Assembly (NCBI RefSeq): GCF_964213995.1
Contig: NC_135810.1
Span: 57,908,001-57,972,000, forward strand
DNA: 64,000 nt
Source of the DNA: Mustelus asterias
Lineage: Eukaryota
Direction: 5' to 3'
The position numbers and the translations under genes are program-made. Each line of letters opens with the position of its first letter. The first letter of the stretch is position 1. Positions 12,380 to 25,591 of this stretch are shown one piece after another. The notes beneath the pieces are model-generated. The model was not told the origin of the DNA and searched no databases. It was given only the letters and a program-made list of their open reading frames with translations.

Positions 12380-12830
12380 GTTATAATCAGAGTATAGATC
12401 ACACTCAACCAGCATACACTTGCAAAACTCAAAACAAATTCTCTTTTAGATGTGATTCTGCAATTGGGCAGCACATTCTGAATAATCCCAAGTGCACTAA
12501 TAGCTACACTAACAATAAATATAAGATAAGCAGTTCAGCTCTAAATGCGTCTCATTTGGTCTTGCTAGAAGCGACATACATTCATATGCAGGAACCTGTT
12601 TTCTGCAATAAAAAACATGTTTAAGCCTTACATCTTTTTCCAATTACCCATTTCTGAAAATACCATGCTTTCTTCATGGTAATGCCACAGCAGAGTCAAT
12701 TGGCCAATCAGTCAGCACACTTTTCTCTTGTAGTTTCAACTGTTGTGATCATTTGTAATTTGACATTCTGCATTTGTCCTGATGTGTGCAAGACAAAATG
12801 TTTCAGCAACAAGTCTCACATTTCAGCAAG
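12380..12830 (+). mobile_element. Penelope-like element 3' end (second family; GIY-YIG C-terminus plus decayed pLTR)
   Basis: Manual translation from ~12447: RCDSAIGQHILNNPKCTNSY..LLEATYIHMQEPVFC; eroded hammerhead-like cctgatgtgtgcaagacaaaa at ~12778. Confidence 0.65.
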
Positions 12831-12904
12831 TTGTAACTTTTTACTGGCTTTTGAACAGTAAGGGTGTTGAAAAATAGAAAAGTTTTCCATTCTGTTTCTG
12901 TAAT

Positions 12905-13233
12905 AGGATCATAGAATCCCTCCAGAGCAGAAGGAGGCCATTCGGCCCATCGAGCCGGAACCAAAAACAATCCCACCCAGGCCCTATCCCTGTAACCCCA
13001 CATATTTACCTTGCTAATCCCCCCTGACATTAAGGGTCAATTTAGTATGGCAAATCCAACTAACCCACACATCTTTGGAATGTGGGAGGAAACCGGAGCA
13101 CCCGGAGGAAATCCACGCAGACACGGGAAGAACGTGCAAACTCCACACAGACGGTGACCCAAGGCCGGAATTGAACCTGGGTCCCCGGTGCTGTGAGGCA
13201 GCAGTGCTAACCATTGTGCCACCGTGCCACCCC
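12905..13233 (-). mobile_element. HE1-like V-SINE, CR1-type tail
   Basis: Full-length match to the family consensus seen in the window. Confidence 0.9.
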
Positions 13234-14334
13234 AGCATGACGACCTTTGGTGTAGGCAAAGTTTGAACACAACAAAGATCTCCCGCACATTTTCCTGACA
13301 ATCTGCTGCAACACCCACCTCAGAATGCATCTTTTGTCAATCCTTTCAATTAGATTTCTTGGTTTCTTGCCAAGTTCCGCTGAATGGGAGATGGTTTTGT
13401 GCTGAAGGCTTGATTGAGATCATCTAAACAGATTCCAACTGGAGCGCTTCATCAGTATCAAAGAAATAACATGCTAATTCCATCTGTCTGGACTGGATAG
13501 GGCAGTGACTACCAGCTGCGACATTAACCTTCAAATGGGGAACTTTCTAAGGTAACGTCAATCGCCCTTTTCAATTTGAACAAACTGCACACATGCTGCA
13601 CCTGCCTGCTACAGCATATTAAATTGCTTCCTTTCAGATCCAGGGATTGAAATATTTGAAATACAAACCTCATCACAACAATATTGTGTTTAAGAAAAAA
13701 GAAAAAGATTGCTTATTGCCAATTCAGTAGATTAGTACGTTCAATTAGAAATAATATAATGCTCTAGGCAATGGAAAAGTACTCCTTGTCAGAAGCTTTG
13801 TATCTTATCAAGGGAAAAGGTGACTAACTTCCCATGTAACAGTTGTTCTGACGTGTGTTGCATAAAACTCGAATTTCTCAGAAAATGCCAAACCAAGCTG
13901 GCCAGATATACTGTAAAATAAATTGTCTCAAAGAACCCTATTAGATATTATGGGCTTTTATAATTATTTATCAGGACAAATTGAATACAAACTTATACAA
14001 TTGTATTTAATACAATTAAATAATGCTGTTACAAGGGGCAACGTTTTTAGATCCTTATCTCTTTTTGTTGGTTATTATAAGACAACGTTTTACATTGTCT
14101 TAAGCATATGTTTATGATTACCTGACACTAGACCTTAGGAAAGTTACAAATGATGGCTTGAAAATATTGTGCATGAGCAGTTTATGTTGAGCGCAGTCTT
14201 GCGTAATCCATGATGCCATATAAATGTTACCAAATTCCACAATATCTAGAGACTCAAACAATGACTCGTAACTTCCTGGCATCGGATTTGGAGGATACCC
14301 CAAAGATGCGTGGGCAATCCCTCTTCAAAATTCC

Positions 14335-14990
14335 CAGGTAAGATTTTGCGCTGTAATTGTCCAGAAGTGTTAACTTCCCCTGGACAACTGTGCAGCGCTG
14401 TGAACCATCCGACAAAGCAATTTAAACCGTTAGCTTCTGATGGCTTTGCCAGGTTTACACTAATAGTTACTCATAAAGAGTTAGAAGAAATAAAATCACT
14501 TCTACGTTCAGAGTAACTATCTTAAATACCCAGACTGAGTCCCAGAAGGGACACCCCCCACACTCCAGACCACCACGCCAACCAATCAACCCCCAGAGTA
14601 TTGGCAATCCAACCCACCGATCCCTCCCATGGGATTTCTCCCCACACTATGACCCCAACACAGCAATCCCATGCCCGCTCCTACCTGCAGGCCTGACTCA
14701 ACCTGACCCAACCCGCGTGATCCCTCCCCCGACCCAATCCACCACCCTGAAATACCTCCCGGTGAGCACACAATGCCATCCCCACCTCTCCCAAGAGCAG
14801 ACCCCACTGCTGCACCAGCAGATGTCCCCACTGCAGTTTGCTGGGGTTGCACTTCACTGGAGCTTGCATGGATTCTTTGGCTGCAGGTCCCAAGCAGCTC
14901 CAGCCAGCAGAGGCTGCAACCAAGTTTTCCAGAGCATGTCAGTGTGCTATAAACTCTTGTAATTCCAACAGAGGCCAGGACATGCTGAGT
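14335..14990. mobile_element. Decayed GC-rich MITE-like element
   Basis: TIR-like start ggtaagattttgcgc and C-rich interior resembling the other MITEs; right end unclear. Confidence 0.4.
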
Positions 14991-15297
14991 GGAAATGATG
15001 ACCCAATATTATGAATTACTTTTGAAAGCACTCTATAAAGTAAGTGGGCTACCTGTCAATAGACAGCAGCTCAAACCTGGAACTCTGAAGGAAACAAGAA
15101 CAACCTCTTGTTAGCTCAGTTGATAATTCATACAGTGTATGTACCGTAAACTGACTATTATAATGTCAAAGCACCAACTATTCTTCAAATCAATATTATA
15201 AAGAATTATGCTAGACCTGACCAAGTTGGAACAATATTCTCTGTGACTGTGACCTGGGTACCTTATCCCTCTTTGTCATCTTTCACCTTTTGGCAGC

Positions 15298-18200
15298 AGT
15301 GGTAACCTGGCCCCTTTAAGGGGGTGACTCTTTGCAGGCTGTCTGATCAGGCCGGACCCTACGGAGAAGCCAAGTCAATCAGAAGAAAGGGTGCCTGTCT
15401 TGGGACTGGGAGGAACGTCAGTTGGAGCTAGGAAGGAGAAGAGGGTAGACTTGCCTATTCGTTCTGTCAGACCCTGAACTTGTATATATATTATAGTAGT
15501 GATAAACCGTTCTTTGGTGAAGCTACAAGTTGCCTTCAAAATTACGACACTGGCATCGAGGAAACACTACATCAGCCATCAGGAGATCACAGTACGCAGT
15601 TAAAGGGAGAGGAGAGTGATCATTGAAGCTACGAAGAGACTATTACAGGCATCCTAAAAATGCCTTAAATCAGGAAGATTGAGTGGTTTGACCCAGATAT
15701 TGAAAGGTGGGAGCAATATATCAAAAGGTTGTGTTTTTTTTGCATAGCTAATGAGATCATATCAGAGGAAAACCAAAAGATGATACTACTCAGCCTGTGG
15801 CGCACAAGCTTACTGCCTAATAAGGAGTCTAACATCTGCTGCAGATGCAAGTCTTTTAACCAGATAGTGGAATTGGTCAAAAACCCTTTTAACTCCCAAT
15901 CTTCAATCACCATATCAAAGTATACATTTCAATCTGCTGTGATGGAGCCAGGGGAGATGGTCTCTAGGTTCATGGCCAGATTGAAAGGTTAGCAGAGCAC
16001 TGCAAATTCGGCCCAGCTTTGGGGGAGATGTTAAGAAACAGGTTGGTCTGTGGGACCAACAGCCTCACAATACAGAAAAGGCTATTAGCTGAGACTAAAA
16101 TATCTTTGGAAAAAGCTGATAGCGATGGCCCAGGAAACTGAATGCACTGAACAGCGGATGAGTGAACTATAGGGTATGCCCAATAAGGTGAACCATTTGT
16201 GGCAGGTCATTAACAGGCACGGTGTAGAATGAAGCAGGCAGAACAGAAAAGACAAAGAAAACCAACAATGGCTAGTTTAACACTGTTAAAGCAACTGGCT
16301 GAGGAGTCCCACAAGTCTCATTCTTTAAACCAAGTCTAACTCAATAAGGTGCCTCCTATAGAAATAGCCTTGATGTCAACAGCAAACCATTTAAAATGGA
16401 GATAGACACTGGAGCCATGGCCATAGTCATTGGGGAGCAAGCATTCCAATATCTTCAAAAATGGTCTACAGCTCTTGAGATTCAGTAATTCAGAAGCCAA
16501 TTTGTCTACATATACAGGAAGGAAGTACAGTCAATAACAGAAACGGTATCCTGCAGCACAAACAGCACAATTACCTGTTTTAGTGATTGAGGGTTGCAGA
16601 ACTTGTCTCATGGTCAAGACTGGTTGAAACAGGACTGGCTGGAGAAATTGAATATTTGGAAAGCGAGTGTGCAGATACTCTGAAGTTTTGCAGAAGGTAC
16701 TGGGATGAAGAAAAGGGGCTAAAGCCAAAATTTATTTGAACCCCGAGGCAATGTCTAAATTTTTTGAGCCCGCCCAGTGCCTTATATAAGGTGAAAGTGG
16801 AGCTGGGAAGATTGGAAGATTTGGGTGTCATAGTCCCTTTTTTGAAGCCAGATCATACTGTGAGAATCTGTGGCGATTGTAAATTACCTGTAAACCATGG
16901 AGCCCAAGTAGATAGATACCTCATTACATGAATCAAGGACCTCAATGCAAAATTCGGAGGGGTTTTAAGTATATCAAGTTAGATCTCAGTTACGCCTACC
17001 GGCAGCTGGAGTTGGATTAAGATTCCCAGAGGTTGCTTACTATCAATATCCACAAAGGGTTATACCAGTACACATGTTTACCCTCTGGAATCTCATCAGC
17101 CTGTGCCATTTTCCAGTGTATGATGGAAGATTTACTGCAGGGCATCCCCAAAGTAGTGGTGTACCTGGATGGTGTCCTAATTACTGGAGCGTTCCCTGAG
17201 GAGCACAGGGCAAATGTAGAAGAGGTCTTTAAAAGGACTTAAAGAAGTGGGTGTTTGTTTAAAATGAGAGAATTGCATTTTCCAGGCCGATGAAGTTACA
17301 TACCTGGGGTTTCAGAGTTGACACCAAAGGCCTACAGCCCTTGGAGGACAAGGTTAAAGCCACAAAGGAAATGCCACAGTCTAAAAATGCATTGGAATTA
17401 AAATCACTCCTCGGGATGGTGAATCATTACGGCAGATTCCTACAAAATGTGTCTGCAACTTTAGTCTACTACACCAGCTTTTGAAGAAGCAACAACAATG
17501 GAAATGGGCAGAGGCATAAAAAGAGGCATTTGCTAAAGTAAAGCAAGCCTGACAGTCATCAACACTACCATACATTTTGATCCAACCAAACCATTGTGAT
17601 GCATGTGATGAACAAGAACCTTTTAAGATGCTGAGAATAGTCTCAAATTGGCAAAGGGAGTCTGGTGGTAATTTATGTGGCAAATAAGTTTTATCAATAT
17701 ATATATACATACGGTAGACATTTCATCAAATTATCAGATCACAAGCAATTGTTGGGTTTATTTTAAGAGGATAAGCCAGTGCCACTAATAGCCTCAGCAA
17801 GGCTGCAGAGATGAGCTCTATTGCTAACTGTGTACTCTTTACAGCTATTCTTTCTAGCATAGACCAGGGACACAGATATTGAATGCGGACACAATCAGCC
17901 ACCTCTCTCTGCTGCAGACAGTACAGTCACCACCTGTACCACAAGAAATAGTGTTGGCATTGCACCTGATAGAGACATTGACAGTCTCAGATACCCATAT
18001 AAAAACTTGGACCAAAGGGACCCAGTGCTATCAAAAGTTAAGAGGATGGTGTTACAAGGTTGGCACCATGATAAGTCAGAGCAAATGAGACCCTACCTGC
18101 TGCGTAGGACGGCGATAACATGTGAAGACGGCATACTATTGGTGGGGGGCTCATGTTATAGTGCCACCACATGGCCTATGGCTTTTATTAGAGGAGTTGC

Positions 18201-20021
18201 ATGATGCACACCCCGGACAAAGAAAGATGAAAGCACTGACCAAAAGTTACATTAGGTGGCCGGACATTGATAAAGAAATTGAAGGAATGTCAGCCAGTGC
18301 GCGAGTTGTGAAGCCCAGCAGTCATGGCTGCCACCGGCAAATATGCATCGATAGGAGTGGCCGGGTCGGCTGTGGTCAAAACTGCACATAGACTACACAG
18401 GACCATTTATGGGACAACTGTTCCTCAGCCTGGTTGATGCTCATTCTAAATGGCTGGATGTCCAATTGATGAAGTCTACAATGGCCACAGCCACTATTGA
18501 CAAGTTCCAGCAGATTTTTTGCCATTCATGGCATTCCCGATGTCTTTAGTGTCAGACAATGGCACAACATTTACAGTGAAGGAGTTTCCTAAATTTGTCA
18601 AGGGAAATAGCATTCGCCATGTTCGGTCAGCCCCTTACCATCCAGCTTCCAATGGTTTAGCAGAACGAACCATACAAACATTCACATTATCGATGAAAAA
18701 GCAAGTTCACAAGCCACTGCCTTTATATTTGGCAAGTTTCTTGTTGTCGCACAATACCACTCCAAATGCGACCACAGGGGTTACGCCAGCTGAATGATTA
18801 ATGGGACGCTGCCTATGAACCCATTTAGATTTGGCATTTCCATTTTGGGAAGGGAGGGTGAAGGCTAGGCAAACCTCCCAGAAAGAAAAACATGACTCAA
18901 GAAAAAAGGACAGAGTTTTCCGGGTTGATGATTTAGTTCTGGTCAGGAACTTTGCAGCTGGATGACATGTGTGGCAGGCACAGTTGTAGAAAGAACAGGA
19001 TCAGTCTCCTACGCTGTGGTAATACAAGGTCGCCATCTGAAATGAGGATCATTTGAGGAAATTTATTTATTAGTGTCACAAGTAGGCTTACATTAACACT
19101 GCAATGAAGTTACTGTGAAAAGCCCCCAGTTGCCACACTCCAGTGCCTGTTCAGGTACACTGAGGGAGAATTTAAGCATGGCCAGTGCACCCATCCGGCA
19201 TGTCTGTCAGACTGTGGGACGAAACCGGAGTACCCAGAGGGAACCCATGCAGACATGGGGAGAACGTGATGACTCCTCACAGACAATGACCCAAGCCGGG
19301 AATTGAACCCAGGTCCTTAGCGCTGTGAGGCAGCAGTGCTAACACTGTGCCACCGTGCCACCCTAGAGAGTTAGGCCAGATACAGGGGACCAACAGGTGT
19401 GTTATGCCATGGACTTGGGCATGCCAGCTACTGATCGAATGATTCCTGTGGTTAACATGGAGCCTAGGAAGCCAGTGGTTTCTGAAGCCATGGAGGAAGA
19501 AGCTACTAAAGAGGATGTTGACCCGGATTGATGAGTTTGCCTTTTGCATCTGCCGCTAGATTCGATGCTCATTGAAGGACTCATTACCATGTTGAGATGT
19601 TCCTCCAGAGTCCAGAAGACTCCAGGCTGATTGTCTTTGTGAAGGACTTTTTTTTCCATTGGGTGTCCCTGATGTGTTATTGTGTCTATATGCCTATGTA
19701 TAATGATGTTTCTTTCGTTTTCATTCATAGCTGGTCTCAGGAGTTAGGGAGGAAGGAGTGTGGTAACGCGACCCCTTTAAAGGGGCGATCCTTTGGGGGC
19801 CACGTGATTGGGCCGGACCCTATGGAGGGGCCATGCGGGAACCTGAGCCAATCAGGAGCAAGGGCATCCTGGGACAGGGAGGAGCCTCAGTTGCGGGCAG
19901 GGAGGAGAAGAGAATAGACTTGTGTACTAGGTCTGTCAGACCTTTATCTTGTATATCTATTATATTAGTAATAAACCATTCCTTGTTAAAGCCATAATGA
20001 GTCAACTTCAGAATTACTACA
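15298..20021 (+). mobile_element. Full-length decayed Gypsy LTR retrotransposon
   Basis: LTRs 15298-15549 and 19759-20021; 5-bp TSD gcagc; PBS tggcatcgagg at 15551; PPT ttagggaggaaggag; protease EIDTGA (~16400), RT YLDG (~17160), integrase LVSDNG..SAPYHPASNGLAER (18519-18797); many stops. Confidence 0.92.
19062..19362 (-). mobile_element. V-SINE, alternative tail type, inserted in the Gypsy element
   Basis: Reverse complement of the 11055-type copy. Confidence 0.88.
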
Positions 20022-20584
20022 GCAGCTTTTGACACAATCATAAGATCCTTCTTCTTCCCACTGTGTGAGGCTGTTGTTGCCTGGTTCCATTCTTAACTCC
20101 CAGTTATAGCAAGAGAATCTTTAACAAAGTATTTTTTTCCACGTACACTCTGTCACTACTGGAAAGTCCCGAGGATACATCTTGCCATCTCCCTCATCTT
20201 GTTTCTTAATGCCATGGTGTTGATGGGGGTGTGAAGTTATAAATTATTAAGGTGGGCAGCTTTCTGTGTGAGAAGTAGGTTAAAATAGCAGAAACTGTTG
20301 GTGTGTTGGAAAGCCCCAAGGAACCGACTGACTTCAGCATTTAACCCAAACCTGTAAATTGGTGGAAACTCCCATGAGACAGGTAGATCCGAAATACAAA
20401 TATGTTAAATGAGAAGTAAGTGCAGTTTTAGCACATGATTCTGCCTTTAACCCTGAATACACAGGTTTCCCAGGCTTCTTGGAGATCTCCAGGTAAAACA
20501 AGCTGAGAATGCAGGTCGACAAGACTGAGCAACTGACAATCAACAAAACCTTTAAATATTAAGATATGACAGTTTCTTCCTTAA

Positions 20585-20725
20585 TATAAAGGCAAAATCT
20601 TGCAGATGCTGGAATCTGAAACAAAAACAGAAAATGCATCCAGATGCAAAACATGGGCTCTGATCTCTCTCCACAGATGCTGTCAGACCTGTTGAGTTTC
20701 TGCAGCATTTTCTGTTTTTGCTACA
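20585..20725. mobile_element. Inverted pair of PLE tail fragments
   Basis: Perfect 16-bp inverted repeat caaaaacagaaaatgc (20622-20637) / gcattttctgtttttg (20705-20720). Confidence 0.6.
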
Positions 20726-22409
20726 GTTTCTTCTTTGCCTGAGTGAAAGGCTTTGCTCAGAGAATGTGCTCTGAGAGTGCACTTTCACTGCTTTGAAGGT
20801 GATCTATAACATTTTGAGGTCATTTCCACTACCTTGGACTTTTTTGCCTTTGATCTACGTTTCCCAGCTGTTGGCCTTCACTGAGGCTCTTTATGCAGTT
20901 CCACCTTGGATCTCTGATCAGGAATAAGAGAAGCAGCACCAGCTACCTTCTCCTCAACTACCTGCGCTACAGGACACACAACTTCAGCTTGTAGGAGGAA
21001 AGATCGGGGATTCAGTCAGAGAATCAGCTTTCTGCAGATTGCTGAGCACCAATGCCTCAGGAAGCTCAGGTTTTCCCATCACATATTTGTAATCTCCTGG
21101 AAGCGAACCTTCTTCCATGTGGGCCAAGTGGGCATGCATTGCCTGTGGTTGCTAAGATCACCCAAAGTCCTTAATTTCTCTGCTTTTGGTTCCTTCTAGA
21201 AATCTGCTGCTCAAATCTGTAGAATCTCAGATTACAAATGTATAGGTCCTAACTCACCATCAGTGTTCATAAGTGGCTCTTTATACACTTTTGGAGAAAC
21301 CAATGAGAATTAAACATTTAAATAAACAAATGATCAATGCCTTTTAAAAAGGGGTACTTTTCAGTGTTAAAGTTTTTTAGGTTTTGTTGCAATAGTGTAA
21401 CAGACAAGGCGAGAAAGAATTGATGAAATCCCTGTTCCCTTTTCTACTCTCTGAAATCAGTAAGCTTTTTAGAGGAGGATGTACCTGTTTCTTAATCAGA
21501 ATGTGTGAACAACTTGAATAAGTAGCAGCGGGTTTTTTGTGGGTTTAAATAAAGAGGATTATTTATTTACATGCTCAGCCTCAAATCGAAAGCTCTGGAA
21601 CTCACTCAGACAATCACACATACACACAAACACACTCAAGGAAAGAATAGTTGAAGGGAAGAGTGATCTTTTAAAGGCTATAGGCAAAAGGACAGTTTCT
21701 AATTCATGTGATCACGTTGCAGACTTGATGAAAAAGATGACTTAACTCCTGAAGGGTAGTTTCAATGAATTCAACAGCGAGAATCTTATGCCAAAGTTAT
21801 TTGCTTGTAGTTTTGATACAGGAGGTCAGTTTGCTGTATCGATGGACCTGAAAAGGAACAGGCTGGGAGACCTTGCAATGTTACAGCCTCCGGTTCTTAG
21901 GGCTTGGGGCTTATTGCCCTTTCTGCTGCTGCATCCTTCTGCAATCAGCCCTGAAAGATTATAAAGTGACAAACAGGCTGCCTTACTGCATGCCTGTTCA
22001 CAGTCGTAGTTTCTTTTACAAATATGGTGGTGGTCTTGTGTTGATAAACCACATCCTGTTGTGTTCTTCAAAGACATTCATCCTGAAAGGATTTGTTTCA
22101 AAAAAGACCCATTCAATTCAGGAATGTCTCTTGGTGGTCTGAGGATGAGTGCAGTTGGCACCTTTTCATCTGGGATATCCTCTTTTATCTCTGTTAGATA
22201 GCAAGTCCATTTTTGAATACACAAGGCAGTTCATCTGACCTTCAATGGTCATTTTTGCAGCTCATTTTTAAAGGAAAAGTCAACTTCAAAGTTTCCATGT
22301 TGAATCAGTTATGTTTCTTAAAACCTAAGAATATGACATGCCTTTCCTGAGCATACATAATAAACTGAAACTTAAAGAAAAGTGGCTGAGGGAGCTGGAG
22401 GGTTTTTTC

Positions 22410-23145
22410 ATTCATTTAAGGGATATGGGTGAGGCAGGCTGGACCAATGTTTATTGCCCATCACTAATTGTCCTTGAACAGAGTTGCTTCCGAGGCCATT
22501 TCAGAGCTCAGTGAATAGGTTATTACTGAGTAAAGTGCCACTTGATAATGCTGTTAAGTAAAGTGCCACTTGATAATGCCCTCTTTCACTTTACTGATGA
22601 TCAGTAGTAAACCGATGGGGCGATAATTGGCTTTTTGTGTACAGGACATACCTGGGCAATTTCCCACATTGTTGGGTAAATGCCAGTGTTGTAACTGTAC
22701 TGGAACAGCTTAGCTAGGGGAGCGGCAAGTTCTGGAGTACAAGTCTTCAGTATTATTGCTGGAATATTGTCACTACCATCGACACCGCAAACTGCTGGTT
22801 CCAAGTGGAGAGGATCTCCAAGAAGATCGCGCATATCGACACATAAACTTGTTGGACTTTAACCTGGTGTTGTTAAAACTCTTACTGTATTATATTGTCA
22901 GGGCCCCAGTATCCCGTGCCTTCAATTATTTCTTGATATCATATGGAGTGAATTGAATTGGCTGAAGACTGCATCTGTGATGCTGGGATCTCCAGAGGAA
23001 GCCGAAATGGATCAGCCATTCAGCACTTCTGGCTGAAGATTGTTGCGAATGCTTCAGCCTTATCTTTTGCACTGATGTGCGGGGCTCCTTCATCATTGAG
23101 GATGGGGATATTTGCGGAGCCTCTTCCAGTGAGTTGTTTAATTGT
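22410..23145 (-). mobile_element. L2/CR1-group LINE fragment containing a PLE insert
   Basis: NIPAIILKTCTPELAAPLAKLFQYSYNTGIYPTMWEIAQVCPVHKK and KAEAFATIFSQKC. Confidence 0.8.
22773..22891 (+). mobile_element. Short Penelope-derived insert
   Basis: 9-bp TSD atattgtca (22764-22772, 22892-22900); contains pLTR segment ataaacttgttggactttaacctggtgttg. Confidence 0.8.
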
Positions 23146-23861
23146 ACAGGTGGGGTATCGGGGCTTCCACAGAAAACAGTTCAGGGGTTGAACTAGGATA
23201 TCAACAGCAATCCCAAAGGGATCCAAGATTAGAGGGGGAGGAAGGAGAGTGATCAGAGGAAGGGAAACCTGCGCATGATGCTCTTCCAGAATGATAGGAG
23301 GAACTTGGATGGTGGTTGGAAATTAGTCTCCAATTGCAAGCTGACCATCACCATTTTGTCAGCCGATGCAATGATGCAGTTGAAAATAATTGGAAACATA
23401 TCATCAGGAGACTTGGTTTTATTGGTTAACTCTGTTGCTTGGCACATTTTAATGGTAACTTTTATTAAGTATTCCTTTTTATAATTATCACTTTATTGCT
23501 TTGATTTCTTTTTCTACAATTCATGGCCAGGATTTTTCGCCGCAGGGTGTCTGGCAGTTGAGGTAAGTCACCGTTAGCTAGTGTGTTGCCTGGCGGCACA
23601 GCTGATGTGGAGGGGGGCAGAAAGTCCCAGCCCATATTTCACGTTGTGTCAAACCTAATCTTGCTGAAATTTGCTCTTCAATCCAACAAGTGCGAAAAAA
23701 ATTAAATTGTTGTTGGGCCGAATGCTCCTGTTCCTATTTCTTATGATCGCGTTACTGACAAGGCAGAGAGACTGCAAGTGACACAAAGAAGGTCTTCAGG
23801 GGGTTGCCCAAGGAAGTCAACAACAGAAACAAGAAAATGAAGAAAAGAAATGCTTGCTTTT

Positions 23862-24195
23862 ATAGAATCATAGAATCCCGAGAGTGCAGAAGGAGGCCAT
23901 TCAGCCATCGAGACTGCACTAACTCCCTGGCAGAGCATCTTACCACGGCCCTTTCCCCATAACCCTACACATTTACCATGGCTAATTCCCCAATCCTACA
24001 CATCTTGGAAAAAATTTACTACAGCCAATGCATCTAACCTGCACATTTCTGGACTGTGGGAGGAAACCGGAGCACCTGGAGACACGGACACAGGGAGAAT
24101 GTGCAAACTGCAAACAGTCACCCAAGGCCGAAGTTGAGCTTGGATCCCTGGTGCTGTGAGGCAGCAATGTTAACCACTGTCCGGCTGTGCCACCC
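23862..24195 (-). mobile_element. HE1-like V-SINE
   Basis: Family match with ATAGAATC tail repeat. Confidence 0.85.
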
Positions 24196-24640
24196 ATGTA
24201 AGCACTTTTCAGAACCATTGCATGTCTCAAACTATTTTACAGTCAATTAAGTACTTTACTTTTAAAGAGTGGTCACTGTTGTAATGGAGGAAACTCAGCA
24301 GCCAATTTATACACAGCAAGCTCCCACAAACAGCAATGTGATAATGATCAGATAATCTGTTTCTGTGATGTTGATTGAGGGATAAATATTGGGCAGGACA
24401 TTGGCAATATCTCCCCTGCACTTCTTCACAATAGTGCCATGGTATCTTTTATACCAACCAAAGCAAGCAGATAGGGTTTGATTTAATGTCTCGTCCTAAA
24501 GATGGCACCTCTGACAGTGCAGCTCTCCCTCGGTACAGCAATGGAATGTCAGCTTTGATTTTTGTGTTCAATCCATGGAGTGAGACTTGAACCTGAACCT
24601 TGGGACTCAGAGGCTAGATTGCGACTACCTGGTGACTGAA
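24195..24640 (-). mobile_element. DeuSINE (SacSINE1-like)
   Basis: Deu-domain reverse complement gatgttgattgagggataaatattgg..aatagtgccatgg.atctttt plus tRNA-like head. Confidence 0.8.
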
Positions 24641-24769
24641 TGAAACATCACACAGCCACATAATAGACCGCACTCAGTCCCATTGACTTAATGCCAACAG
24701 CTACTGAAATATATTCAGAATGATAACTTCAAGAATTCTCACCTTCACAGTACTCTTTCATCTCTTTTA

Positions 24770-25095
24770 TCTCTCATTGGGCCTGGCCACGGTCGCCCAT
24801 GACGATGATGACTCCTCAGGGGGAGGTCACGCTAACTGGTGCGGCATCACAGGTCTCATGCAGACCCTGCACCAGTTCAGGCTCTCACACTTTGGCAGGA
24901 TTAGGCAGAGAGATTGTTGGGGTTTCGCATGGTAATTCATTCCCTATAATTGAGCAATATTGTATGGTGGAGTCAGGTACAGCAGTGGAGAGTCCACTTC
25001 AGAGGCCGCAGGACATTCCAAGCTGTGTTCAGCTGGACACAGAAACTGTGCGTCGGGGACCACTACCAAGCAGGATACTTCCAGAGCAGCAGTAA
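24770..25095 (+). pseudogene. Possible Harbinger Myb/SANT-like ORF remnant (downstream exon)
   Basis: Weak similarity to 43260-43500; S/T-rich stretch GAASQVSCRPCTSS. Confidence 0.3.
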
Positions 25096-25591
25096 ATAAT
25101 GTGCAAAGTACTGCCGGGTTTTCAGTCACATGATTGGAGGAATTCATTTCAAGCACATGTGGTATAATGTCACGGGCCTTTGCAGTGATATCGTCACCTC
25201 CAGTGGTCAACGATGCGAAGCATTGAACGCAACAATCAAATGAGTGCATGCAGGCCTTCACCACTGAATACTACCCTAAAAAGGATGAATGATAATCTAA
25301 TGTTGGCCACTCACTGCCCCACTGATCTCAGCAAAGTGTTCTCCAGTACATCGGTAGTAGTGGAGTGCAGCTGTGCCATGAGCGAGATGTTGGTTAAAGA
25401 AAACATATAAGTGGCGACTTATTTCACTCAGAGTGCGTCAACCTCTCACCCATTGAGCCCCTGGCTGGTCAGGGCATCCTCAGATCTGTCCAGAGGTCTG
25501 AAGTGCAAGTGAAGTGAAGTCAAGTGAAGGTGATAGTCATCGACTTCAGAAAGCATTGTGAAAGATCGCAAGAAACTTCAAAGGATCGTGA

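Noticed and set aside
21480-22357. Possible solo LTR (TG..CA, reversed AATAAA); similar hints at ~8020 and ~9470
   Set aside because: No matching TSD and no second copy in the window
22529-22579. 23-bp direct repeat agtaaagtgccacttgataatgc x2 (CRISPR-like?)
   Set aside because: Only two copies with a 5-bp spacer, in a eukaryotic LINE context; a simple local duplication
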